The notes: a model not told the origin generated them from the letters alone. DNA of 64,000 nt from Alphaproteobacteria bacterium (GCA_965232515.1 CBDDPY010000002.1:3584001-3648000), one strand, 5' to 3'; numbered from the stretch's first letter, positions 10,191 through 21,366 are shown. Numbers and translations: made by a program.

Positions 10191-11888
10191 TCAGGCGGCT
10201 TTATTAGTGATCACCGTCAGCGACTGCATCTGCACGTCGCGCATCCAGTCGGCGATCTTCTCGTCCGACAGGCCGTGGTGGCGCAACACGACGGCGGCCA
10301 GATCGAGCCCCGCCGGAATGCTCCGCGTGACGACGGCCTGCATGCCCAGATCCTCGAATTTCTGCTTCTCGTCGTCTTCGTCGACCGCGATGAAGCGGGT
10401 CAGGTGCGGATAGCGCTCGCGGATGACCGGCGTCACTGCCTTTGAGATCTCATAGCGGTTGATGGTCACCACCACGGTCGGCCGCTGCTCCAGCTCGATC
10501 GTGGCCATCAGGCGGGGATCGCCGGCATCGCCGAACGACACGGCATAGCCGTCGGTGTTGGCGCTGATGAACCGGTCGTGATCCATGTCGAACGCCGTGT
10601 AGCCGATGCCGTGGGCCTCCAAACCGTCGGCGACCCGTCGGCCGATCTCGCCCATGCCCACGATGACGACGGGCGCCGGCTGGCTTGCCTCGGCCGCGGC
10701 CTCGGATTGCTGCGCCGCGAATTCGCGGTCCGACAGCCGCATCGCCAGGCGATGGCCGATCGCCGCGACGCTGGGCGTCAGAGCCATGCTGGCCGCCACC
10801 GCGGCGATCAGGACCGCCGAAAGGTCGGATCCCAGGGCCTCGCGCAACGCCGGCATGCCGAAGATCACGAAGGCGAACTCGCTGCCCTGCGACAGCAGGA
10901 AGCCGAGGCCGACGGCGCTGGGCAGTGGCGTGCGGACGGCGAGCGCCGCGGCGAAGATCACCATGGTCTTGACGCCTAACAGCAACACGACCGCGGCCAG
11001 GATCATGCCCCAGTCACGCAACAGAACATCAATATCGAGCGTGGCGCCGATGGTGATGAAGAAAAAGCCCAGCAGCAGGCCGCGAAACGGCTTCACTTCG
11101 GTCTGGATCACATGCCGATAGGGCGTCTCGGAAATGATCATGCCGGCAAGGAACGCGCCCAACGTCAGCGACAGGCCGAGCAGGCCGGTAGCCGCCGCCG
11201 TGAGCAGCACGATCAAGAGCGCCATCGCGGTAAAGACTTCCTCGTTCCGCGTGGCCGAGATCAGCCGGAACAGCGGGCCGATCAGATAACGGCCAATCAG
11301 GATTGCCGCCGCAAAGGCAGCCGCCGCCTTCAGGGCCGCAAGACCGACGGCGCTGCCGATCGACACCTCGGCGCCTTCCAGCGACGTCGCCAGGATCAGC
11401 AGGAAGATGGCGCAGATGTCCTGGAAGATCAGGATCGCCGTCGCCGTCAGGCCGATGGGGCAGCTATTGCGCCCCTTTCCGGCCAGCGTCTGCACGACGA
11501 CGGCCGTCGAGGACAAGGCCAGCGTCGCGCCGATCACGATGGCCAGACTGAGATCGAACCCGGCCAGCATGGCGATGGCGCCGAACGCCGCCGTGCAGGT
11601 CACCATCTGCAGCGGCCCGAAGCCCAGAATGTCGCGACGGGCATCCCAGATATGCCGCAGCGAAAAGTGCAGGCCGATATCGAACAGCAGGAAGACCACG
11701 CCGAGCTCGGCCAGGAGATGCGTGGTCTCGCTCTCGGCGACCAGAGCCAGGCCGTGCGGTCCGATCAACATGCCAGCGATCAGATAGCCGACGATCGGAC
11801 TGAGCCGCAGCGGCCGCGTCAGGACAACGGCCAGAATGCCGACCAACAGCAGGACGATCGCCGGCTCGAGGGCGTGCACCTGTTCCAT
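10191..11888 (-). CDS. CPA2 cation:proton antiporter, KefB/KefC-like, with C-terminal TrkA-N/KTN domain
   Basis: LAELGVVFLLFDIGL, ALSSTA, FQD, LGAFLAGM, PFRGLLLGFFF, LSQGSEFAF, then VIVGMGEIG. Confidence 0.9.
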   Translation of the reverse strand: MEQVHALEPAIVLLLVGILAVVLTRPLRLSPIVGYLIAGMLIGPHGLALVAESETTHLLAELGVVFLLFDIGLHFSLRHIWDARRDILGFGPLQMVTCTAAFGAIAMLAGFDLSLAIVIGATLALSSTAVVVQTLAGKGRNSCPIGLTATAILIFQDICAIFLLILATSLEGAEVSIGSAVGLAALKAAAAFAAAILIGRYLIGPLFRLISATRNEEVFTAMALLIVLLTAAATGLLGLSLTLGAFLAGMIISETPYRHVIQTEVKPFRGLLLGFFFITIGATLDIDVLLRDWGMILAAVVLLLGVKTMVIFAAALAVRTPLPSAVGLGFLLSQGSEFAFVIFGMPALREALGSDLSAVLIAAVAASMALTPSVAAIGHRLAMRLSDREFAAQQSEAAAEASQPAPVVIVGMGEIGRRVADGLEAHGIGYTAFDMDHDRFISANTDGYAVSFGDAGDPRLMATIELEQRPTVVVTINRYEISKAVTPVIRERYPHLTRFIAVDEDDEKQKFEDLGMQAVVTRSIPAGLDLAAVVLRHHGLSDEKIADWMRDVQMQSLTVITNKAA

Positions 11889-11906
11889 TCCGACCCGCGG
11901 ACGGCG

Positions 11907-12449
11907 CTAGCGCGTAGCCGCGGCGGCCAGCGCCTCCAGCAGCTTGACGACGCGGCCGCGATTGGCTTCGTCGATCATCCGGCCGGTATCGTCGAACACG
12001 GTGCCGGCGTCGCCGACCATTAATTCGGGCTTGTTCAGGACCGGCGCGTTCAGAAACACGAAGCATTGGCGCAGGTGGTATTGCGCTCGCGCCGTGCCGA
12101 GACGTCCCGGACTGGTGCCCATCAGCGCCACCGGCTTGCCGTCGAACGGCTGGTCCGGCGGCCGCGAGGCCCAGTCGATCGCGTTCTTCAGCACGCCGGG
12201 AATGGAATAATTGTATTCCGGCGTCGCGATCAGCAGCGCGTCGGCCGCGGCGATGCTCTCGCGCAGCCGGACCACGCTGTCCGGCAATCCCTGCTGTCGC
12301 ACATCCTCGTTATAGAGCGGCACATTCGAGAGATCGGCGACCTCGATCGTGATCCCGTCCGGCGCCACTTCCTGCGCCGTGCGCAGCAACGCCGTGTTCA
12401 ACGACCCCGCACGCAAACTGCCCGAAATCCCCAAAATCTTGCACGGCAT
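11907..12449 (-). CDS. NADPH-dependent FMN reductase (ChrR/flavodoxin-like)
   Basis: GSLRAGSLN, TPEYNYSIPGVLKNAIDWASR, GTARAQYHLRQ. Confidence 0.9.
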   Translation of the reverse strand: MPCKILGISGSLRAGSLNTALLRTAQEVAPDGITIEVADLSNVPLYNEDVRQQGLPDSVVRLRESIAAADALLIATPEYNYSIPGVLKNAIDWASRPPDQPFDGKPVALMGTSPGRLGTARAQYHLRQCFVFLNAPVLNKPELMVGDAGTVFDDTGRMIDEANRGRVVKLLEALAAAATR

Positions 12450-12528
12450 CCGCATCCCCCGATCCGTGAACAAACCGACAGTAACGGATGAAAGATAGTC
12501 CAGTTCGCGCCGCCGCCCACCCGTTCTT

Positions 12529-15500
12529 TTAGGTTTGCCGGCGGCGCATCCAGGCGAAGCCGGCCAAAGCCATCAACAGCACCAGAACGGTCGGCGGCTC
12601 CGGCACATCGGCGACGGTTGTCGGCGCCGCCTCGACCAGCAGGCGCAACACATCCAATTCGCCTTCCCAATCCATCAGCATGGGCGCGAAGACCAGACCG
12701 GTCGGCAGCAGGCCGAAATCGAACAGATCGATGAGGTTCGCCGGATCCGGCACGACGATGGTTTCGGCCACGACGATGTCGAAGATATCGCCGACCGACG
12801 GCAGGAACGGATTGGCGATGCTCTCGAAACTCAGCGGATCGAGCAGCTGGATCAGGATGCCGGTGCCGGCGGCGAACGTCGCGGTGCCGCCGACCTGCAG
12901 CTGGTCGTATTCGCTGCCAACCTCCGTGCCGGCGATCTCGATCTCCAGCAGCCCGTCGACGAACTGGTTGTAATCGCCGGTGATCTCCAGGATGCCCGGC
13001 GAGACGCCCGGCCCGAGCAGCGCGCCGAAGTTGTTGAACGTCTGGGCGTTGATGGTGCCGACGCCGGCGAAGCTGCCGCCGTCGACGTCGAGGTCCGTCG
13101 TCGTCAGCATGCCGTTGATGATGTTCAACGCCCCGTCGTTGCTCTCGAACTGGCCGTTCACGTTCAGCGTGCTGGTGGAATCGATCGTCAGCGTGGCGTT
13201 GTTCACGAAATCCGCTGACGTATCGAACACGGCGTTCTGGTTCAGCGAGAACAGCCCGTTGTTCGTGAAGTCCTGATTGGTCGCGTTGGTGGCATCCGGG
13301 ATGGCGGCGAGGCGGCCGGTGCCGTTCATGATGACATTGCCGCTGCTGGCGACGACACGGTCGACGTTTTCTTCCAGCCGGATCAGGGCGCCGTTATGGG
13401 CGATCCAGGTGCCGCCGTCGAGCTCGAAGTCCAGCAGCAGATTTCGGCCGAACTGCGCCACGTCGCCGCGCAGGTTGAGCGTGCTGCCCTGGGCCACCTC
13501 AACGGTGCCGGCATTGTCGAAGTCGCCCCGGAACGTCCGGACCACGTTTTCGGCGGCCAGCTTGAAGACGCCGTCGCTTCGGTTTTCGATGACGCCTTGG
13601 GTGGCGGGCTCGCCGGCCAGATTGCCGTGCAGATTGTAGGTGCCTGAATTGATCAGCCGGCTGTTGCTGCTGTTGAAGGTCACGGTGGCGTCCGCCGCGT
13701 GCGCGACCGTGCCGGTATTCTCGAAGACATCGAAGAATTGTTTCTTGTTGAGGCCGCCGGCAACGACGTCGACGTGGCCGCCGTCGTTCTTGAACAGGCC
13801 GAAGGTGCCGCCCTTCCACTCAGCATTGCCCTGGTTGATCAATGCGGTGCCGCTGTCGCCGAAGCCACCGATCGTGCTGCCGTCGAACATGAACTTGCCC
13901 GGGCCGTTCAGATCGATCACGAGGTTGCCCTCGGTCTTTAGGTCGCGGCCGCCGACCAGCTCCGCGGTGCCCTGGCCGTCGATCCGGTAGTCGCCCCGGA
14001 AGACGTTTTCGCCGGTATGCTGGAACTTCAGCGACGCACCTTCGCTGATCGTGTATTGGCCGGTGCTGGTGTGACTGACCGCGCCGAAATAACTGAGCGT
14101 GCCGGCTTCGACCTGCACCTCGCCGCCGCTCATCTCGAAACCGACGCGGATGTCGGCGTTGCCGCCGCCGGTTTTCTTCAGCGTGCCGCCGCGGTTGCGG
14201 AAGGCGCCCGACGTGTCCGGATTGGCCGCCCGGCCGATTTCGGCAATCCTGAATTCGTAGACGCCGCCGGCGTCGTTCAGGATGAAGCCGTTGACGACGT
14301 CGAGGTCGCCCTCCTGCTCGATAAGTCCGGCGCCCGTGCTGGCGCCGACGTTGCGCAGCACGCCGTCGGCGATCTTCACAAATCTGTTATTGAAGGTGGT
14401 GATCGAAACCGTACCGCCCTGGTTCTCGAAGCCGTTGATGCTGCCGCTGTCGGTGGCGGTACCGCCGGTCAGGCTGCCGCGCGAAAAGAAGAACTGGCTC
14501 TTGTTCACGAACGTGCCACCGGTGGCGTTGATCGACGGATTGCCGGTGGCCGCCTCTCCAATGCTCATCCTCACATTTCCAGTTGGGCCGATCATGTCGG
14601 CGGTGACGGTCCCGGATTGGATGTTGAAAGCGTTGACGATGTTTGTGGCACCGGAGCCGGTGATCCGGAAATCGCCATTGAAAGTCTGATCGCCGACGAA
14701 TGACAGGCCGCCCGTGTTAACAAGGTCTCCGGCCCTGTCGCGGGTGTCGAAGACGCCGGACCCCTGATGGTTGCCCGCGCCCTGCAGCTCCAGGAAGCCT
14801 TCTTCGATGATTAACTGGCCGCCGTTCGACATGTTGAAATCGGCAGAAATTTGCGGGCCTTCGAAAAGGACACCGGGGGCATTGACTCGCAGCGTGCCGC
14901 CGGCATTGTCGAATGCGCCGCCGCCAATGATGCGCGATCGCCTGGCGAGCGTATATTCGCCGCCGGTCTGGTTGACGATGCGGCCGCCGTCGACGAGAAG
15001 ATCGGCGTTCCTTTGGTGCTCGATCGTGCCGGCGTTCAGCAACACGCCTTGCAGGGTCTTCGGGCCGCCCTGCTCCTGAATCTGAAAACGTCCACCGGCC
15101 GCGTTTGCAAGTCCGCCGGTCACATTGCCGTTGTCGACCGTGCCGCCGGCAATGGTGCCTTCGCGGAAGGTCATGCGGCCCTGGTTGGTCAGCCGGCCCT
15201 GCGCGTCCAGAAGCACGTTATTCAGCAGCACGCCGACATCGCCGTTGAAATCGAACGTCGCCTCGGCGCCGGGTTTCACCGTGTAGGAACCGCCGTTCAG
15301 TTCCAGATTGCCGGCGCCGCTGGCGTCGAGCGAGCCGGTCACCTCCGTCACGCCGTCCAGCAACTCCAACGTCGCGCCGTCGCCGGCCCGGTATTCGCCG
15401 CCATTGTGCGTGTTGCGGCCCGTGAAGGTCAGCCGGCCGATTTCCGTCTCGATGCGGCCACCGTTGTTCACGACATCGGCGTCGATCGTAACCTGCTCGG

Positions 15501-17367
15501 ACCCCTGGCCGTTCTCGTCCGTCACCTTGGCGAACCGGCCGGCATTGACGATGGCTTCGCCTGAATCGATGCCGCCCGCCACGATCTGATAGCCGGCATT
15601 CGCCTCGGTCTCCAGATGCGCGCCGTTGCCGATGCTGAGCTGGCCGTCGCGCTGTACGACCTGTCCGCCGCCTTGCACAACAAGATTGGTGTCGAGCATC
15701 TTGTCGCCGCCGGAAATCTCGAGAATGGCCCGCGGTCCGACGACCAGCTTGCTGGTCCCGGCGGCCACGTTGGCGGCGTCACCAGAAATCGTGCCGCCGA
15801 GCCACTGGTCGGTGAAGTCGTCCGACAACTCGGCCTGACTGTTGAGTTGCAGCGCGCCGTCGGTGGTCAGGTCGCTGTTGACGGTCAGCCGCTGCGCGCT
15901 CGAATCCTCGGCAATGCTCAACGCCGCCTGCACGGCGAGCGATCCCGTCGCCTGAATGGACTGAATGTTGGCCGGCTGCTGTTGCAGGGTGACGGCGGCG
16001 TTGTCGATCCGGACGACATCGACGCCCGGATCTGACGTGCCGGGCGTGCTGATCGTGGGTTCGCCGTTGGGGTCCCGCCAGTTCGTGACGGTTTCGCCGT
16101 TGAGCTGGCAGGTGTCGTGCCAGAACGAGGTGCCGCAGGCGCCGGCCCAGATGAATTCGTTGCTCTCCGGCGTCAGCGGATCGAGGATCACCACCCAGGC
16201 TTCGAGCCGATTGCTGAAATTGATGCCGGTGCCGGTGACTACCCGGCCGTCGGCGGAAATGCCGGTCGCCTCGTTCAGCCGCGTGAAGCCGGGTGTGCCG
16301 AGACCGAAATCGTCGCGCAGCGCCTGCTTCAGGTCGCGCATGCCATTGCTCTCGTCCCAGATGAAGGCCCTGGTCGCGCCGCCGCTGCTGGTTTCGCTTT
16401 CGCCGACGACGATCGACCCGTCGCCCGAGGCGGCAAAGGCGCGGCTGTCGAAGTCGCCGCCGGGCAGGTCGCCGAGGCCGACCATGCCGGTCTCCGCCGT
16501 CCAGCGGAACGCCTCTCTCTCAATCGCGCCTGTCCCCGCGGCCCGTCTGCTGGACAGGCCGACGACCGTGCTGCCGTCCTGCGAGATGTCCAGTGCCTGA
16601 CTGCTCGCAAGTTCGCCTGGCAGCACGCCCAGGAACTGCGCACCGCCGCTGAACAGGGTGGCTTCGGCCCGGCCGTCGAAGGCGTCGTTCGCGGTGGTGC
16701 TCACGAACGACCGGCCGTCGCCCGAAATGGCTTGCGGTACCACGTCGCCGATACCGAGATCGGACGGGCCACCGCTGAATGACGCCCCCTTGGTGCCGGT
16801 ATCGTCGGTTCCGGAGCCGAGAATGACGCTGCCGTCGTCGGAAATCGCCGTGGCTTGGCTTCTGAAGTTCCGATCTATCGGACCGGGTCGGGGGCTGAAC
16901 GGCCCACCCGGCAGGTCGCCAAGCCCGACCATGCTGCCGGCGCCGGTGGCGGCGTTCGACAGGGTCCATTTGTAGGCTTCACCCTGGCTCGTGGGCGTCG
17001 TTGAAAAACCGACCACGGTGCTGCCGTCCCCGGAGACCCCCAGAGGACGGCTTCGCGGTCTTTCGCCACCAAGCGTGCCCAAATCGACGATGCCGGTCTC
17101 GAATGTCCAACGGAAGGACGTGCCGACAACTCCGGCGACCGGCGAAGAACCGGCGGTGCCCACCACGGTCGTGCCGTCGGCGGAAATCGCCGCCGCCTCG
17201 GTCCGCTGGGAAAAATCGCCGTCAAGGAAGCCGAGACCCATGAAAATCGGATCGGCCGCCACCGGCGGCGCCGATATCGCCAGGACGGTGGCTGTCAGGA
17301 GGGCAAATCTATGTCGTGTTCGCGCGTCGGCACGGCTGGAGCTTCGCATTCGACGGATTTGGCACAT
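12529..17367 (-). CDS. Large secreted protein: signal peptide, HAF-type extracellular repeats, Gly/Asn-rich beta-helix-like region, C-terminal PEP-CTERM sorting signal
   Basis: RHRFALLTATVLAISAPPVAA signal; repeated GLGDLPGG..S.A..IS.DGS.VVG; C-terminus VPEPPTVLVLLMALAGFAWMRRRQT. Start uncertain. Confidence 0.8.
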   Translation of the reverse strand: MCQIRRMRSSSRADARTRHRFALLTATVLAISAPPVAADPIFMGLGFLDGDFSQRTEAAAISADGTTVVGTAGSSPVAGVVGTSFRWTFETGIVDLGTLGGERPRSRPLGVSGDGSTVVGFSTTPTSQGEAYKWTLSNAATGAGSMVGLGDLPGGPFSPRPGPIDRNFRSQATAISDDGSVILGSGTDDTGTKGASFSGGPSDLGIGDVVPQAISGDGRSFVSTTANDAFDGRAEATLFSGGAQFLGVLPGELASSQALDISQDGSTVVGLSSRRAAGTGAIEREAFRWTAETGMVGLGDLPGGDFDSRAFAASGDGSIVVGESETSSGGATRAFIWDESNGMRDLKQALRDDFGLGTPGFTRLNEATGISADGRVVTGTGINFSNRLEAWVVILDPLTPESNEFIWAGACGTSFWHDTCQLNGETVTNWRDPNGEPTISTPGTSDPGVDVVRIDNAAVTLQQQPANIQSIQATGSLAVQAALSIAEDSSAQRLTVNSDLTTDGALQLNSQAELSDDFTDQWLGGTISGDAANVAAGTSKLVVGPRAILEISGGDKMLDTNLVVQGGGQVVQRDGQLSIGNGAHLETEANAGYQIVAGGIDSGEAIVNAGRFAKVTDENGQGSEQVTIDADVVNNGGRIETEIGRLTFTGRNTHNGGEYRAGDGATLELLDGVTEVTGSLDASGAGNLELNGGSYTVKPGAEATFDFNGDVGVLLNNVLLDAQGRLTNQGRMTFREGTIAGGTVDNGNVTGGLANAAGGRFQIQEQGGPKTLQGVLLNAGTIEHQRNADLLVDGGRIVNQTGGEYTLARRSRIIGGGAFDNAGGTLRVNAPGVLFEGPQISADFNMSNGGQLIIEEGFLELQGAGNHQGSGVFDTRDRAGDLVNTGGLSFVGDQTFNGDFRITGSGATNIVNAFNIQSGTVTADMIGPTGNVRMSIGEAATGNPSINATGGTFVNKSQFFFSRGSLTGGTATDSGSINGFENQGGTVSITTFNNRFVKIADGVLRNVGASTGAGLIEQEGDLDVVNGFILNDAGGVYEFRIAEIGRAANPDTSGAFRNRGGTLKKTGGGNADIRVGFEMSGGEVQVEAGTLSYFGAVSHTSTGQYTISEGASLKFQHTGENVFRGDYRIDGQGTAELVGGRDLKTEGNLVIDLNGPGKFMFDGSTIGGFGDSGTALINQGNAEWKGGTFGLFKNDGGHVDVVAGGLNKKQFFDVFENTGTVAHAADATVTFNSSNSRLINSGTYNLHGNLAGEPATQGVIENRSDGVFKLAAENVVRTFRGDFDNAGTVEVAQGSTLNLRGDVAQFGRNLLLDFELDGGTWIAHNGALIRLEENVDRVVASSGNVIMNGTGRLAAIPDATNATNQDFTNNGLFSLNQNAVFDTSADFVNNATLTIDSTSTLNVNGQFESNDGALNIINGMLTTTDLDVDGGSFAGVGTINAQTFNNFGALLGPGVSPGILEITGDYNQFVDGLLEIEIAGTEVGSEYDQLQVGGTATFAAGTGILIQLLDPLSFESIANPFLPSVGDIFDIVVAETIVVPDPANLIDLFDFGLLPTGLVFAPMLMDWEGELDVLRLLVEAAPTTVADVPEPPTVLVLLMALAGFAWMRRRQT

Positions 17368-17486
17368 GACAACCTCGCACGCCCAACAAACGACGGCTGT
17401 CCCTCTCAGCGGTCTCTAGGTTCAAATTCCCGTCGGCGGACCTCCTCGCCGGTCCCCAGCCTAGGGGACCGCGAAAAGGGCGCGCA

Positions 17487-17502
17487 TCCTACGAATGTAG
17501 GA
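17487..17502. promoter_or_regulatory. Palindrome TCCTAC-N4-GTAGGA, candidate operator of the adjacent LuxR-type regulator
   Basis: Perfect 6-4-6 inverted repeat between the luxR-type gene end and the PEP-CTERM gene start. Confidence 0.4.
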
Positions 17503-17535
17503 AAGCGTTAACCCTGGCCGGTGCTTGGACGGCGG

Positions 17536-18666
17536 TCAGAAAGGCCGGCGATATTGCTGCAGGAGGCGGATCAGATCGGTCTGGCGGTTGACGTCCAGCT
17601 TCGCCATCAGGGCATAGAGCTGGGTCCGGACCGTGGAGACGGCGACGCCGCGCTGCTCGGCCAGTTCCGAGACCGACAGGCCGATATCGATGGCGCAGGC
17701 GATGTCTACCTCGGCCGCGGTCAGATCGTAGCTCTCCCGCAGCAGATCGGCGTCCAGGCGGACGAACGTCGACGGATCGCGAATGAACACGATCGCCGCG
17801 GCCGGCGTCGTTAGAACCGTGGCCGACGGCGTCGGCAACGGCCGGACCGCGACAAGATAGGGGCGTCGTCTGCTTGGCCGATGTACCGCGAAGTTACGCC
17901 TGCCGATATCGTCCGCTTCGCCCACGACCGTCGGCAGGCTCGCAAGCGCGGCCTCCAAGCGGGCGGCTGCATTCTTGTCGGAAATGCAGATCCGGCGATC
18001 GACGACCGTGATCCCATCGCCGCCCGAGAAAACCTCGGCGGCGGCGCTGTTGACGCACAAGACAGCGCCCGAGCGATCGATGAGGACGGCGGCTTCGCCC
18101 AGGCCTTCCAACCCGCCGAGCAGGGAATCGGTTTGCAGGCCGGCGTCATGCAGCCTGAATTTGAGGTCCAGCGCCTGGCTTACATGCGGCAGCAGCCGGC
18201 GCACGGTCTCGACTTCGGCCTTGCCGACATGGCCTTGTCCTGGCGAGCGTTGCGCCGCGATGACGCCGGCGTGGCCCGAGGTGTTCAGAACATGGCCGGC
18301 GACGAAATAGCGCAAGCCCTGCGGCGCCAGGCAGTCGTTGTAGAACTCGTCGCTGTCGATCTCGTCGTCGCTGATGATCAGGTGGTCGTAGGAGACGCGG
18401 CCCGACGGCATCTGCCCCAGGCGGATGACGCGCGGCGAGATTCCGCCGTAGTAGTTCAGGTACTCCGCCGAATTGACCATCTCGAGCCGTTTGCCCAGCT
18501 CGATCATGACCGGCCGGCCGCTCTTCTTGTCGATAATCTCGAAACTGACGCCGACAGCGTCCAGCAGGTCGGCCATGCCGTCCAGTGCCGACGCCCACAT
18601 ACGGTCGTCCAGCGCTGACGCATAGATCTTTTCGACGACGTCCAGGAAAGCCGCTGCCTGCGCCAT
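17536..18666 (-). CDS. LuxR-family HTH transcriptional regulator with N-terminal GAF/PAS-like sensory region
   Basis: C-terminal YDLTAAE..IA...G.SV.ELAE.RGVAVSTVRTQL..LM.KL.V.RQ.DL. Confidence 0.85.
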   Translation of the reverse strand: MAQAAAFLDVVEKIYASALDDRMWASALDGMADLLDAVGVSFEIIDKKSGRPVMIELGKRLEMVNSAEYLNYYGGISPRVIRLGQMPSGRVSYDHLIISDDEIDSDEFYNDCLAPQGLRYFVAGHVLNTSGHAGVIAAQRSPGQGHVGKAEVETVRRLLPHVSQALDLKFRLHDAGLQTDSLLGGLEGLGEAAVLIDRSGAVLCVNSAAAEVFSGGDGITVVDRRICISDKNAAARLEAALASLPTVVGEADDIGRRNFAVHRPSRRRPYLVAVRPLPTPSATVLTTPAAAIVFIRDPSTFVRLDADLLRESYDLTAAEVDIACAIDIGLSVSELAEQRGVAVSTVRTQLYALMAKLDVNRQTDLIRLLQQYRRPF

Positions 18667-18857
18667 GTTCTTATCCTTATCTGAAGCGCAAACGCGCGAC
18701 CGACCCCGCCGCCTGTGATGTTATTATGTCAAATTGGTTAATTCAAACGCCCAAATCCCGGGATTGATAACGTATCCGAGATGAATCTTCGGCAAACGCG
18801 GCGAGGCCCCCGAAGGCCGAGAGACGAATTCACTTCTTAACGTGGCTTGAGATGTCG

Positions 18858-18945
18858 CTGGATGCCCGCGTCAAGCGCGGGTATGACGGTAAAGTGTTGA
18901 TATTAATGACAATTCGTCATTGCCGGGCTTGACCCGGCAATCCAG
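18858..18945. repeat. REP doublet (inverted pair) with a central IHF-consensus site, copy 1
   Basis: CTGGATGCCCGCGTCAAGCGCGGGTATGACG, AT-rich spacer with TAAAGTGTTGATA, then CGTCATTGCCGGGCTTGACCCGGCAATCCAG. Near-identical copy at 56769. Confidence 0.85.
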
Positions 18946-18982
18946 AGCAATTGCCCGGACCGGAAAAACAAGCCGGCGGCTT

Positions 18983-19222
18983 CTATCTCTTCGACAGGTA
19001 GGCGACGCAGTCGTTCAGGCTCTGCAGCTGCGGATAGTCGGCTTCGGGCACCTCGATGCCGGTGGCGGCGGCGAGGCCGGTCACGAAATTCAGGAAATCC
19101 ATGGAATCGATCTCGAACTGATCGCGGAACGGCGTGTCGGGCTCGATCTCCTCGCCTTCCAGGTCGGGCGCGACCTCGAACAGCGTGCGGCGGACGAGAT
19201 CGGCGATTTCGGCGTCGGTCAT
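18983..19222 (-). CDS. Acyl carrier protein (phosphopantetheine-binding)
   Basis: 79 aa acidic protein with IDSMD phosphopantetheine-Ser motif; start overlaps the E2 stop (ATGA). Confidence 0.85.
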   Translation of the reverse strand: MTDAEIADLVRRTLFEVAPDLEGEEIEPDTPFRDQFEIDSMDFLNFVTGLAAATGIEVPEADYPQLQSLNDCVAYLSKR

Positions 19223-20380
19223 AGCGTTTCGGGCTCCTGCAACAAGCGGTCAAGCCGTTTCAGGAAACGGCTGCCGCGGCGGCCGTCGCTGACCCGATGG
19301 TCGGCGGCAAGCGTGGCGTTGACCAGCCGACGCGGACGGACGTCGCCATCGACCAGCCAGGGCCGGTCGGACGGCGCGCCGAAGCCGACGATGGCGACCT
19401 GCGGCGGATAGATCACGGGATAGAGCGTCTCGACCTCGTCCTCGCCGAGCGACGTGACGGTGATGGTCGGATCGCTCATCTCCGAGCCGCGGATTCGGCC
19501 GGTGCGGGCCCGGCCGACGAGATCGCGCAGCGCCGCCATCAGGTCGTCGAGGCCGAGACGGTCGCAATCGTGGATCGCCGGCGCGATCAGACCGCCGCCG
19601 CGCAGCGCGATGGCGACACCGAGATGCACGGGCTCCGACGGCCGGAATTCACCGTCGACATAGAGGCCGTTCAGCCCCGGCGACTCCCTGAGCGCGAGCG
19701 CCGTCGCCTTCAGCAGCGGCACCGCCGGCAGCAGCCGCTCGGTGATCGGGCGTTCGGCGTTCGCCGCCGTCAGCCACTCGGTCACGGCGGTCAGGTCGAT
19801 GGTGGCGCCGAGATAGTAGTGCGGGATCTCGCGCTTGGCGCGGGCCATGGCGGCGGCGACGGCCTTGCGCATCTCCGTCAGGTCGAGGCCCGGCTTGACC
19901 GCCGGGCCGGCGCGTTTGGCGGCCGCCGCCTCGACGTCGCGAAGGGCGATGGCGCCGCCAGGACCGCTGCCGTGCAGGCGCGCGAGATCGACGCCGAGCG
20001 CCTCGGCTTTGCGCCGCGCCGCCGGCGAGACCCGCCGGCGCGTACCGCGCTCCGGAACCGCGACGGGCGGCGACGGCGCCGCGACGGGCGCGGCCGCCGG
20101 GACCAGTTCGGCGGGCGCCGGTGCGGCCGACTTCGGCGGCGCCACGGCCCCATCGCCGGTATCGATGGTCGCCAGAAGCGTGCCGACTGGCACCTCCTCG
20201 CCCACGTCGACGGCGATGCCGACGAGCGTGCCGGTCTCGAAAATCTCGATCTCGATGGCGCCCTTCTGGGTTTCGACCACGGCGACGATATCGCCCCGGT
20301 CGACATGATCGCCCGGCTTGACCAGCCATTCGACGAGCGTGCCGGCGTCCATATCGGCGCCGAGCGACGGCATCACGAAG

Positions 20381-20388
<8 letters not shown>
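19219..20388 (-). CDS. Dihydrolipoamide acyltransferase (E2)-family protein
   Basis: Lipoyl domain MPSLGADM...[11 protein letters not shown]3/E1-binding motif VSPAARRKA...GSGPGGAI, catalytic ADHRVSDG. Confidence 0.9.

Positions 20389-21366
<978 letters not shown>

Noticed and set aside
18920-19411. Two ORFs starting MPGLTRQS (also 56832-58010)
   Set aside because: The shared N-terminus is just the REP sequence translated; they are not paralogous genes
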